Source of the DNA: a virus | Taxonomy: Duplodnaviria; Caudoviricetes | Reading direction: 5' to 3' (one strand) | IMG/VR virus record: IMGVR_UViG_3300012232_000048 | Coordinates: 1 to 25,046 of that record | Length of the DNA: 25,046 nt | Shown: piece after piece, positions 15,843 through 23,360 of the stretch | Layout of the letters: each line of letters starts with the position of its first letter | Numbering within the stretch: the stretch's first letter is position 1 | Position numbers and translations under genes: made by a program | The notes under the pieces: model-generated | Database searches by the model: none | What the model was told of the DNA's origin: nothing | What the model saw: the letters and a program-made list of their open reading frames with translations, nothing else

Positions 15843-16167
15843 CTTCTGGAATCCTTCTGATATTTTCTACGAGTCTTTTCTGAATCTCTTCGAAAGTCTT
15901 GAGGAAGTCTACACCTCCGTGCAGTTCGATGAATTCGTTCACGACTTCAAGCGGAACCCAAGCGAAGATGGATGAGGTTATTTCTCCATCATCAGAATAT
16001 TCCAGCCAGGATTCTGGTGGCTCCGCTGTGGGAAATCCCACTTCGACATGAGTATACGGTCCCTCGTTGTCTCTAGGCGTTGAATAATGAGTTTTACTTG
16101 CTTGGACAGAAAGATGAGTTCCATCCTTGCAATAGAAACGTGGGCAATGTGATTTGAATTCGAACAT
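15835..16167 (-). CDS. Conserved hypothetical phage protein
   Basis: CKDG..LSVQAS..HYS.PR...GPYT.VEVGFP motif, recalled from small phage proteins; ATG at 16167 with SD GGAAGG. Confidence 0.8.
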   Translation of the reverse strand: MFEFKSHCPRFYCKDGTHLSVQASKTHYSTPRDNEGPYTHVEVGFPTAEPPESWLEYSDDGEITSSIFAWVPLEVVNEFIELHGGVDFLKTFEEIQKRLVENIRRIPEDV

Positions 16168-16168
16168 C

Positions 16169-16285
16169 TTATTTCCTTCCAATGTATTCTGACCAGAAAA
16201 AGAGGGTCATACCAAAGACAAAGACGCAGACGGCGAGTGTGAGAACTAGCTGGATGTTCTCAGCATCGAAAAGTTGATCAACCAT
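16169..16285 (-). CDS. Small membrane peptide (38 aa)
   Basis: MVDQLFDAENIQLVLTLAVCVFVFGMTLFFWSEYIGRK*; SD GGAG. Confidence 0.55.
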   Translation of the reverse strand: MVDQLFDAENIQLVLTLAVCVFVFGMTLFFWSEYIGRK

Positions 16286-16305
16286 TTATTTCTCCCAATT
16301 CTCCC

Positions 16306-16503
16306 TTATTCCATCTCCTCGTAGTGTTCAATTCCGATGAAGATGGGATACCAATGGATACCCCAAACCCTTTCTATTCGGCCCCGTTCGTAATCCGAAT
16401 AACGGGAACCGAAATAGATAGAGAACATTCCGATGTTAGCAGTTTTGTATTCCCACGAGAAGAAACAACGGTTTCGCCAGAAGTTCTTAATCTTTCCTGT
16501 CAA
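16306..16503 (-). CDS. Hypothetical protein
   Basis: 65 aa; TTG start after SD GGAGG. Confidence 0.55.
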   Translation of the reverse strand: MTGKIKNFWRNRCFFSWEYKTANIGMFSIYFGSRYSDYERGRIERVWGIHWYPIFIGIEHYEEME

Positions 16504-16504
16504 G

Positions 16505-16633
16505 TTAATCCTCCCTCTTGAATGCTCGATTCAGCATTTTGATAATTTCCCTTGCTTCCTGTTCCGAAATGATACCAGCTTCATAAGCTTGGATTATCAT
16601 TTGAAACGTTCTCTTATATTCTTCTTTACTCAT
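16505..16633 (-). CDS. Small helical protein (42 aa, SHOCT-like motif)
   Basis: MSKEEYKRTFQMIIQAYEAGIISEQEAREIIKML...*; SD GGAGG. Confidence 0.6.
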   Translation of the reverse strand: MSKEEYKRTFQMIIQAYEAGIISEQEAREIIKMLNRAFKRED

Positions 16634-16644
16634 TAATCCTCCGC

Positions 16645-16679
16645 TCTGTTCCTTCCAAACAAAGATGGGAAGGAACAGA
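16645..16679. repeat. 12-bp perfect intergenic hairpin
   Basis: TCTGTTCCTTCC (16645-16656)/GGAAGGAACAGA (16668-16679); no U tract. Confidence 0.8.
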
Positions 16680-16686
16680 CGCAAGA

Positions 16687-16836
16687 TTAATTCTTCGCTT
16701 CCTCAACGGGAAAGATAGCGAACAAACTCCAGTATTTTGCCGCCCAATCATATGCAGCCTCATAATTGGGGAAAGGACCGAAACAACGACCGTCAGAGTA
16801 GTCGGTTCCCTTAACGGGACCGATGACAATAAACAT
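16687..16836 (-). CDS. Small phage protein (49 aa)
   Basis: MFIVIGPVKGTDYSDGRCFGPFPNYEAAYDWA...*; SD AGGAGG. Confidence 0.7.
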   Translation of the reverse strand: MFIVIGPVKGTDYSDGRCFGPFPNYEAAYDWAAKYWSLFAIFPVEEAKN

Positions 16837-16874
16837 TTATCCTCCTGATGAGCGAAGCGAATCAGCGAAGCGAA

Positions 16875-17039
16875 TCAGTTGTTGTGAATTTCAGCGTGAA
16901 CCTGAGTAATCTGCTGAACCTTTGGGCCGTTGTTGAAGATTGAGAGGATAACGTCGGAGACGGCTTCCCCAACAGTTATTGGATCCGCATCAGGTATTGC
17001 AACCTGAACGACGAGAGTAAGCTGAAGAGTTTTGGGCAC
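16875..17039 (-). CDS. Small hypothetical protein (54 aa)
   Basis: GTG start; MPKTLQLTLVVQVAIPDADP...HNN*; SD AAGGA. Confidence 0.6.
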   Translation of the reverse strand: MPKTLQLTLVVQVAIPDADPITVGEAVSDVILSIFNNGPKVQQITQVHAEIHNN

Positions 17040-17063
17040 GAGTTTCCTTTCTTAGCGCGCGAG

Positions 17064-17225
17064 TTAGAGGCAGTAAGGTTGATCCTCCCGACAGAGGCCG
17101 GGATTCTTTTCGTGGCAGTCAGAATCCGTTGTGCAGGGGACTATTCTTTCCACCTGTTGGTTAAAGTAGATGGAGAGAAGAAGAAACGTGAGAACGACTG
17201 CGAGCGCAGTGAGCAGGAGTTTCAT
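17064..17225 (-). CDS. Small exported or membrane-anchored Cys-rich peptide (53 aa)
   Basis: MKLLLTALAVVLTFLLLSIYF...CTTDSDCHEKNPGLCREDQPYCL*. Confidence 0.65.
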   Translation of the reverse strand: MKLLLTALAVVLTFLLLSIYFNQQVERIVPCTTDSDCHEKNPGLCREDQPYCL

Positions 17226-17227
17226 TC

Positions 17228-17491
17228 TTATTCTCCCGTGTATTTGATTTCGATTTCCGCAGAGTGAAGGATGGTAGCAAGCCGGTTACGAGTGTTAACC
17301 TGCTTGATCTTTTCCTCCCGGTTCAACCAAGAGTATTCCGGAGTTTCCGGATAACGCTTGTTGACGTATTCGGACGCCGTTGGACCACGGTTAGCCCGAA
17401 ACTCGTAGAAGGCATCCATTATTGTTGTCTGGATGGAGTATCCCCTTGATGCGATTTCCGGGTCGTCGGTGATGATGACAATTCGTGTCAC
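17228..17491 (-). CDS. Hypothetical protein
   Basis: 87 aa; GTG start coupled to the upstream stop. Confidence 0.7.
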   Translation of the reverse strand: MTRIVIITDDPEIASRGYSIQTTIMDAFYEFRANRGPTASEYVNKRYPETPEYSWLNREEKIKQVNTRNRLATILHSAEIEIKYTGE

Positions 17492-17709
17492 TTGTTTTCC
17501 TTTTCTTCCATCTTGAGAACACGAGTCATCTTGTCCAAGTCGTTAACAAAATCAACGGGCTTGTAGTAAAGTTCCTCGCGGGAATATCCCCGTCCGCCAC
17601 GTTCAAGGTCAACCTTGCAACAGCCCTGAATGTATTCCTCCGCTTCCTTACGGGTATCGAAAGCGAAAACGGGAGCATCGCGCCAGAAAACGATGTAAGC
17701 AGTTCTCAC
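17488..17709 (-). CDS. Hypothetical protein
   Basis: 73 aa; FDTRKEAEEYI motif; GTG start. Confidence 0.7.
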   Translation of the reverse strand: MRTAYIVFWRDAPVFAFDTRKEAEEYIQGCCKVDLERGGRGYSREELYYKPVDFVNDLDKMTRVLKMEEKENK

Positions 17710-17879
17710 GAGTTTTTCTTCCTTTCTTCTTCGCAGTATGGGCAGATAGCAGTAGTTTTGCTATCATGCGTGATGGAATAGCAGTGAATACCGCAGTCAC
17801 TGCAAATGAATGCACCACACGTTATGCATTCCCTCCAAGAGAATCGACCGTTGGAAGTTCTGATGATGGTGCAGGCCAC
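17706..17879 (-). CDS. Small Cys-rich zinc-finger protein (57 aa)
   Basis: Manual translation contains CITC, CSDC, CPYC; SD GGAGG; GTG start. Confidence 0.65.
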   Translation of the reverse strand: MACTIIRTSNGRFSWRECITCGAFICSDCGIHCYSITHDSKTTAICPYCEEERKKNS

Positions 17880-17910
17880 GAGTTTTTCCTCCTAGTAAAT
17901 CGGGCGAGCG

Positions 17911-18069
17911 TTAGCGAGGCCGTTCCCAAGTAACGGTCGTTACGTTGTTGCGGTCGGTAAACCTGCTGACGCTGTAGCCCTGAGCGAGCAGATTGTTAAT
18001 CGTCTGCTCCACAACTTCCCGATTAGAAGTTGTGAGTCCGAGCGATGGGAAATACCACGTCTGTTGCAT
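17911..18069 (-). CDS. Small hypothetical protein (52 aa)
   Basis: MQQTWYFPSLG...INNLLAQGYSV...RPR*; SD GGGAGG. Confidence 0.65.
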   Translation of the reverse strand: MQQTWYFPSLGLTTSNREVVEQTINNLLAQGYSVSRFTDRNNVTTVTWERPR

Positions 18070-18149
18070 TACTTCCTCCCGTTGAAAGTTCCGGTTAAAA
18101 AAAGGTCCGAGCGAAGCGAGGACACTTCCGAGCCTTCAATTTTAGGGAC

Positions 18150-18200
18150 AAAAAAAATGCCCCCTCCCATACTGGAAAATCTGCCAGTGCGGGAGGGGGC
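18150..18200 (-). terminator. Rho-independent terminator
   Basis: GCCCCCTCCC/GGGAGGGGGC stem with inner ACTGG/CCAGT, followed by a run of 8 T on the minus strand. Confidence 0.85.
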
Positions 18201-18222
18201 CAACCTGATAGGGAGAAGCTTG

Positions 18223-18618
18223 TTACTGAATGGTGTCGGAGTATTCGAAGTCCGGCAGAATGGTGTCGAGAGCGGGACAGAATGTCGAGAAGAAATCTGC
18301 CTGTTTACCCGTGTTCTCAATGTCGGCGACACGCTTAGCAAGCTGGTCCCGTTCGACACGGTAAGGCGTCGTAACGACAAGGTGAACCTTGCCGCCGGTT
18401 CCCGGTTCAGGGAACAGCGACGCGATAGCCTCACGCACGTCGCCAGGCTGAACGCCGAATTGTCCAAGGTGGGCAACCAGCTTGTTCAGCGCGATGTTCT
18501 GTGCGCCCTTGGGAACCTCGGTCCGGTTCATGTAAATCTTGAGGCGGCCGGTTTTGCCATTCCGGTCGGCGACAGATTCCGCGAGAGAAGTGAGCCAGCG
18601 AGCAATGTTCTGAATCAT
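18223..18618 (-). CDS. Hypothetical early protein
   Basis: 131 aa; ATGA-coupled to the upstream gene and followed by a terminator. Confidence 0.7.
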   Translation of the reverse strand: MIQNIARWLTSLAESVADRNGKTGRLKIYMNRTEVPKGAQNIALNKLVAHLGQFGVQPGDVREAIASLFPEPGTGGKVHLVVTTPYRVERDQLAKRVADIENTGKQADFFSTFCPALDTILPDFEYSDTIQ

Positions 18619-18902
18619 GATTTTGTAACCTCTGGAACGTGGTGGAATGTCGGCAGGGCTGAGGATTCAGCCTCCCGAATGTAGGTCCGGTTGTTTGCAT
18701 CCTCATGCAAAACCGGGCCATCCGCGCGGATTATTGGAAACGCCTCACGGAGCTCACGCACTTCGATGTCGTAATACTGAGCGTGAGAACTTGCGACGGC
18801 AGATGCATACGCTTTGCAGTCTGCCTTGAGGCGCACAACGGAACCAGCTGACGCGCCCTTGCGCGAAACGCCGGTTTTCGAAACGGGACGGATTTTTGAC
18901 AC
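18615..18902 (-). CDS. Hypothetical early protein (first gene of the left arm)
   Basis: 95 aa; GTG start after SD GGGAG. Confidence 0.65.
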   Translation of the reverse strand: MSKIRPVSKTGVSRKGASAGSVVRLKADCKAYASAVASSHAQYYDIEVRELREAFPIIRADGPVLHEDANNRTYIREAESSALPTFHHVPEVTKS

Positions 18903-18993
18903 ACTTCTCCCTATCAGGTTATCAGCGGCAAATTCACGCTATCTTGGTTTTGGCTATCGCCGCGCCGAACGAACAAAATACAAGTATTGTAGT

Positions 18994-19365
18994 AGCATAC
19001 CAAGTGCCAAGGAAACGTGCAAAATCCTTAGTGTTTTCGCATGGTCGGCTGTGAGAGTCTACCGATTTTCAAACATTAGTCTGCTTTGTCTCATAAACCG
19101 TGACTAATTGTTAGTTGGTCCGCTTCTTGCATTAGCAAGGGGCGTGCCAAATCGCGCGTTTCAAACAGTTGTTTTATTTCTTGGCACGGATTATGCTATA
19201 GCAAGCCCCATGCCAAGTAATTCAAACGCGCGATTGAAACGAACATAATACGAAGGTGCATTGGCATAACACTTGCTTGTAAACTGCTAACTCCTTTGTT
19301 TGCAACAACTTACAGTCACCCCCATGTGCCATCATTTTGGGTCCCATGTTGGCACGATTTTTGCT
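18994..19365. promoter_or_regulatory. Cluster of seven sigma54 (RpoN) -24/-12 type elements in both orientations
   Basis: All have GG-N10-GC spacing. Minus: TTGGCACTTGGTATGCT (18994-19010), TTGGCACGCCCCTTGCT (19134-19150), TTGGCATGGGGCTTGCT (19200-19216). Plus: TTGGTCCGCTTCTTGCA (19115-19131), TTGGCACGGATTATGCT (19181-19197), TTGGCATAACACTTGCT (19261-19277), TTGGCACGATTTTTGCT (19349-19365). Confidence 0.85.
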
Positions 19366-19411
19366 GGCTCCACCTCACTCTTGGCCCTCTATTTTTCTCA
19401 TACGGATAAAG

Positions 19412-19594
19412 TTAGGGTCCCATATTCTCTTTATTCTTTTCCCTTATCCGAGGATTCTTCTTCATCCACGTATCAACCTGGCATTTACTACTGTGATACT
19501 TCTTAAGAGAGTTACTCGTCACGAACTCTTTACCGCAGCCTTCGCACTTCTTCGTGGCCGGTGTGATCAATTTGGTCAAAGAAGATTCTCCCAT
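19412..19594 (-). CDS. Small zinc-finger DNA-binding-like protein
   Basis: KKCEGCGKEF...KYHSSKC (C2-HC treble-clef-like pattern). Confidence 0.6.
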   Translation of the reverse strand: MGESSLTKLITPATKKCEGCGKEFVTSNSLKKYHSSKCQVDTWMKKNPRIREKNKENMGP

Positions 19595-19749
19595 TGCAAC
19601 GGTTCGTTTTAGGGCACGACCTGAGACACGTTTCGGCCCGTTTTCGTTGATTGTAGCACGATTGCAATGGCTCCGTCAACCTCTCCCCGGCCCCCGGCTC
19701 CGGCCCCGCTCCACCCCCAAGTAAGGCAAAATTCCCCAAAACTTTATCC

Positions 19750-19778
19750 TTGACTTCCCCCGTTCCTTCGTCTATAAT
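19750..19778 (+). promoter_or_regulatory. sigma70-type promoter for the packaging/late arm
   Basis: TTGACT (19750-19755), 17-nt spacer, TATAAT (19773-19778). Confidence 0.75.
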
Positions 19779-19851
19779 GCAAAAACTGGAAAAAACTACC
19801 TTGAGTGCCCGAGACTCAACTAACATTATTTCGTTTTGAAAAAGTTAAAAA

Positions 19852-20415
19852 ATGAGACTCTTAATTGACGACGACGACATTATCGAGATTCCCCTAATCC
19901 GTCGCCCGGAAGTTCCTGCTGATGTAAAAGAAGCAGAAATAGTTGTTCCAGCGAAGCTGGGCCGGCCAGGGGATAAAAAAGTTGACTCGTTAACTAAAGA
20001 ATTAATCGCAGTTCAATCCGCAGTAATGGGAGTTCCCCAAACTCAGCTCGCCAGAATTCACGGGACGAGTCAGGCAGAAGTCTCGATTAATAAGAACGGG
20101 AACGACAGGACTAACCGGGCGCAAAGGAAAGAGAACGAGAAGATTAGGGAAGTCATCAACCATGCGAAGTATCGGATAGCAGACCGGGCTACTGCTAAGT
20201 TGATGACCTCGCTTGATCTTTTTGACCCGGAACGTCTTGATCAAAAAGACTTGCCTAACGCTGCCAAATCAATGGCACACATTTTAGAGAAGGTAACGCA
20301 GGATTTTGAAGGTGCGTCAGTAAGTCAAGGACCCCAGTTTCATATTTACGCTCCACGAGCGCGCTCGGAAGAATCCTTCCAGGTAATCGACGTTAGGGAT
20401 AAAGAGACGGACTAG
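19852..20415 (+). CDS. Putative terminase small subunit (HTH)
   Basis: 187 aa; HTH-like GVPQTQLARIHGTSQAEVS; first gene of the arm that contains TerL. The TerS call is positional inference. Confidence 0.55.
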   Translation: MRLLIDDDDIIEIPLIRRPEVPADVKEAEIVVPAKLGRPGDKKVDSLTKELIAVQSAVMGVPQTQLARIHGTSQAEVSINKNGNDRTNRAQRKENEKIREVINHAKYRIADRATAKLMTSLDLFDPERLDQKDLPNAAKSMAHILEKVTQDFEGASVSQGPQFHIYAPRARSEESFQVIDVRDKETD

Positions 20416-21129
20416 ATGTTACTGAAGAAGAAAAAGATTCTCCTCGGTAAATCCCTAGCGGGAGGAGGACTTTCTGCCTACCAATCCCTAATCATTAGTG
20501 AAGGCCCAATAGCATACTGGCCCCTTAACGAATTAGATGGAAGCACAGCGAACGACTTGGTAGGAATACGGAATGGAAGTATTAACAGTGGAGTCGAATT
20601 AGGCACGCCGGGAGCTAGTGCTGGAAGTAAGTCGATGTTCTTCAACGGTGTTTGGGGTGTTATTTCCCTCCCCGTTATTGACATTCCCCTCTTTGGCGCG
20701 TTCGAGTGTTGGATTAAACATAATTACACGACTGAAACCTACCGCCCCATCTTCTCTAATCGGAACGGTGATTCAACCGGGACGGTCAAATCCCTACTCA
20801 TCGGCGCAACACTTGATACCAACGCACCAGGATCCTTCTCCCAACATCAGACTCCCAACCTTTTTAAGGCCACTGCAACAGTTGGTGGCGGCACCTTCCA
20901 TCATTTAGTCCTCTCCTTCACAGATACCACACTATCAATCTTTATCGACGGAGTTATACGAGGCTCCGGCGCCGCCCTGAGAACTGCTTCTCCAACCCCA
21001 CCCCGAAATGGGAATATCGGCTTCGACTCTGAAGCCTCAAGTTACTTTACCGGCAATTTACAAGATATAGCAATTTACGATCGCGCGTTGAATCAGGCAA
21101 CAGCACTGGCTCATTTTAACGGACGCTGA
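20416..21129 (+). CDS. LamG / concanavalin A-like lectin-fold protein
   Basis: PIAYWPLNE, FECWIK, FHHLVL, IFIDG, FTGNLQDIAIYDRAL. Confidence 0.88.
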   Translation: MLLKKKKILLGKSLAGGGLSAYQSLIISEGPIAYWPLNELDGSTANDLVGIRNGSINSGVELGTPGASAGSKSMFFNGVWGVISLPVIDIPLFGAFECWIKHNYTTETYRPIFSNRNGDSTGTVKSLLIGATLDTNAPGSFSQHQTPNLFKATATVGGGTFHHLVLSFTDTTLSIFIDGVIRGSGAALRTASPTPPRNGNIGFDSEASSYFTGNLQDIAIYDRALNQATALAHFNGR

Positions 21130-21155
21130 AACGGACGCTGAACGGGAGATAAGTT

Positions 21156-21374
21156 ATGGCATCCTTCGCATGGTTACTTCCGGTGGGCCGGGCAGTTACA
21201 TTGAAGCAGAATGCAATATACGCTCTGCCAACCCAACTCTGCCTCGTAACTTCATCCGGTGCGGTAGAAACATCGCTTGATCAAACAACTTGGACCGCGT
21301 TCACTTCGGGAAGTATGGGCGGGGGAGCCTTCCTTCGTTCTGCCGGGGCTAACACAATCGTGCTCTGCAAGTAA
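21156..21374 (+). CDS. Small hypothetical (possible virion) protein
   Basis: 72 aa; SD GGGAG; beta-rich composition. Confidence 0.7.
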   Translation: MASFAWLLPVGRAVTLKQNAIYALPTQLCLVTSSGAVETSLDQTTWTAFTSGSMGGGAFLRSAGANTIVLCK

Positions 21375-21411
21375 TTCTTCGCTGAAAAAAGGATAAGAAG
21401 GGAAAAGGAAA

Positions 21412-21636
21412 ATGATTTTAACCAACGTATTCGCTGTCACAATCACTGCACCCTCCGGCCCTGGTATGGTAGTCACTGCAGCGGTTATTCCCAACGTTTA
21501 TGCAATTGACTACAACTGGGTGGATATGGTTGTTAGACTCTTTATCCTCGGCAATCCCAATCCACTTCAGTTTGCCCTCACTGCGGCATCAACTGTTGTA
21601 ACTAACGTTCCGGCTAAGACTGTCGTTATTGCTTAG
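21412..21636 (+). CDS. Small hypothetical (possible virion) protein
   Basis: 74 aa; SD AAGGA; Val/Thr/Ala rich. Confidence 0.7.
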   Translation: MILTNVFAVTITAPSGPGMVVTAAVIPNVYAIDYNWVDMVVRLFILGNPNPLQFALTAASTVVTNVPAKTVVIA

Positions 21637-21693
21637 CGTGTTCGAGATTCTTGGCTCGCGCAGCGAGTGCTGTGAGAGAACTTGCAGTGAGCG

Positions 21694-23355
21694 ATGGCAA
21701 AAGAAATAGAACTACTTGAAAAGGATGCAGGCTGGCGTCCTAATGTCAAGCAGGAACCTTTTCTAGCCCTGCCTCTAACTATCAAGGAGGCATTCTATGG
21801 AGGAGGGGCGGGAAGTGGAAAATCAGACGTTCTTCTGTATTATCCACTTGTTTGGAAATGGCATGAACACCCGAGATTCAAGCAAGTGTTTATGCGTCGA
21901 ACATTTCCGGAGCTTAGGAATGAAATTGTCCCGCGCTCAAGAGAGATTTATCGAAGATTTGGCGCATCGTTCAATAAATCCGATATGGCTTGGACATTCC
22001 CTAGGCCAGATCAGGCAGGTGGAACTGGATTAGGAAATCAGGGGGCGATAATCTATCTTGGTCATTGTGAACATGAGGATGACGTTCACAAGTATGACTC
22101 GATGGAAATTAACCTTTTCTCCCCCGATGAGCTGACTTCCTTCACTCGATGGATCTATGAATACCTAGCCTTTCAACGTGTTAGGACCTCAGATAAAAGC
22201 TTACCGGCCATCATCAGGGCAGCCGGAATGCCAGGAAATATCGGACATGGTTGGGTTAAAAAGAGATTCATTGATCCAGCGCCCCGAGGAAGTAAGATTA
22301 TTATTGGAAAGGGTGGAATCAAGAGAATCTTCATCCACGCAACACAGGCCGATAATCCTCATATCGACCCGGAATACAAGAATTCCCTTTCAGCATTACC
22401 TGAAGCTGAAAAGAATGCGAAGTTATACGGATCGTTCGATGCCTATCTAGGCCAAGTATTCGAAGAATTCAGGGATAGAAGATATCCGGATGAACCTGAG
22501 AATGCACTGCATGTAATCAATTCATTCGATATTCCTGATTGGTGGCCCCGCCTTGTAGTCGGTGACTGGGGATTCGCAGCGATGACCTACGTGTTATTCG
22601 CAGCAATTGCACCAACTAAACGAGTTTACGTTTACCGGGAGCTAGCTTGGAGGCGGACGAAGATTGAGGAGTGGGCACCCGAAGTTAAGTATTACATTGA
22701 GAAAGAGAAGCCGCAGCGAATAGTTTTCTGTAAGTCGGTCGCGCAGGATAGGGGACAGGAGCATACGATCCTTCAACAGATTATGGATGCCCTTGAGTGT
22801 CCTGTTGATACGGCTAATCATTCTCCCGGCTCTAGAATCTCGGGTAAACAACTACTTCATGAATACCTTAGATTCACTCAGAAGGTAATACCAGAGAAGG
22901 ATCGAGTTGAATTCGATGAGCCGTATTCGCAGTGGATCTTAAGGAATAAAGGCGAAGCGGAATACAAGGCTTATCTCTCACTATTCGAAGAAGAAGAAAA
23001 GGAATCGAATCTTCCGAAACTTCAAATATTTAAAGAATGTGTATTACTAGTCACAGCAATTAAATCCTGCGTCTACGCAAAAGCGAAGGATGGGATACAG
23101 GCGGAAGATGTTGCAGAATTCGAAGATGATGATCCGTATGATACGGTAAGATACTTAGTAGACGCAGCAGATCAATACTTCGAGAATGCAACCGTTACTC
23201 TAGACATTATCGACAAAAGAGAAGCAGTAATTCAAAACTTTCAGAAACATCAGGATATGACAACTTTCTACATGCAGATGAAGAAGATTGAAAGTGATGT
23301 GAGACCCTTCGGCGTTTCTCGGTATCATCGTCGCGCTTCGCGCGCCAGGAATTAA
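21694..23355 (+). CDS. terL: Terminase large subunit
   Basis: PNVKQ (Q motif), Walker A GGGAGSGKS, RRTFPEL, Walker B FSPDELT, WVKKRFI, DNPH; RNase H-like VGDWG and DDPYDTVRY. Confidence 0.95.
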   Translation: MAKEIELLEKDAGWRPNVKQEPFLALPLTIKEAFYGGGAGSGKSDVLLYYPLVWKWHEHPRFKQVFMRRTFPELRNEIVPRSREIYRRFGASFNKSDMAWTFPRPDQAGGTGLGNQGAIIYLGHCEHEDDVHKYDSMEINLFSPDELTSFTRWIYEYLAFQRVRTSDKSLPAIIRAAGMPGNIGHGWVKKRFIDPAPRGSKIIIGKGGIKRIFIHATQADNPHIDPEYKNSLSALPEAEKNAKLYGSFDAYLGQVFEEFRDRRYPDEPENALHVINSFDIPDWWPRLVVGDWGFAAMTYVLFAAIAPTKRVYVYRELAWRRTKIEEWAPEVKYYIEKEKPQRIVFCKSVAQDRGQEHTILQQIMDALECPVDTANHSPGSRISGKQLLHEYLRFTQKVIPEKDRVEFDEPYSQWILRNKGEAEYKAYLSLFEEEEKESNLPKLQIFKECVLLVTAIKSCVYAKAKDGIQAEDVAEFEDDDPYDTVRYLVDAADQYFENATVTLDIIDKREAVIQNFQKHQDMTTFYMQMKKIESDVRPFGVSRYHRRASRARN

Positions 23356-23360
23356 AAATA

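Noticed and set aside
16626-16829. 67-aa ORF from the track
   Set aside because: The 16687-16836 frame has an ATG with a strong SD and a more protein-like sequence.
18064-18721. ORFs 18064-18684 (+), 18069-18476 (-) and 18431-18721 (-)
   Set aside because: They are antisense or out-of-frame overlaps of 18223-18618 and 18615-18902. The first two also run through the terminator.
19315-19331. An eighth sigma54 site (TGGCAC on the minus strand)
   Set aside because: There is no GC at the required -12 spacing.
18994-19365. CRISPR-like or mini-array reading of the TTGGCA repeats
   Set aside because: The repeats are short, degenerate, in both orientations and irregularly spaced. They fit the sigma54 consensus instead.
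19530-19826. 98-aa minus-strand ORF
   Set aside because: It spans the late promoter and the G-rich tract, has no convincing RBS, and overlaps the more plausible zinc-finger ORF.
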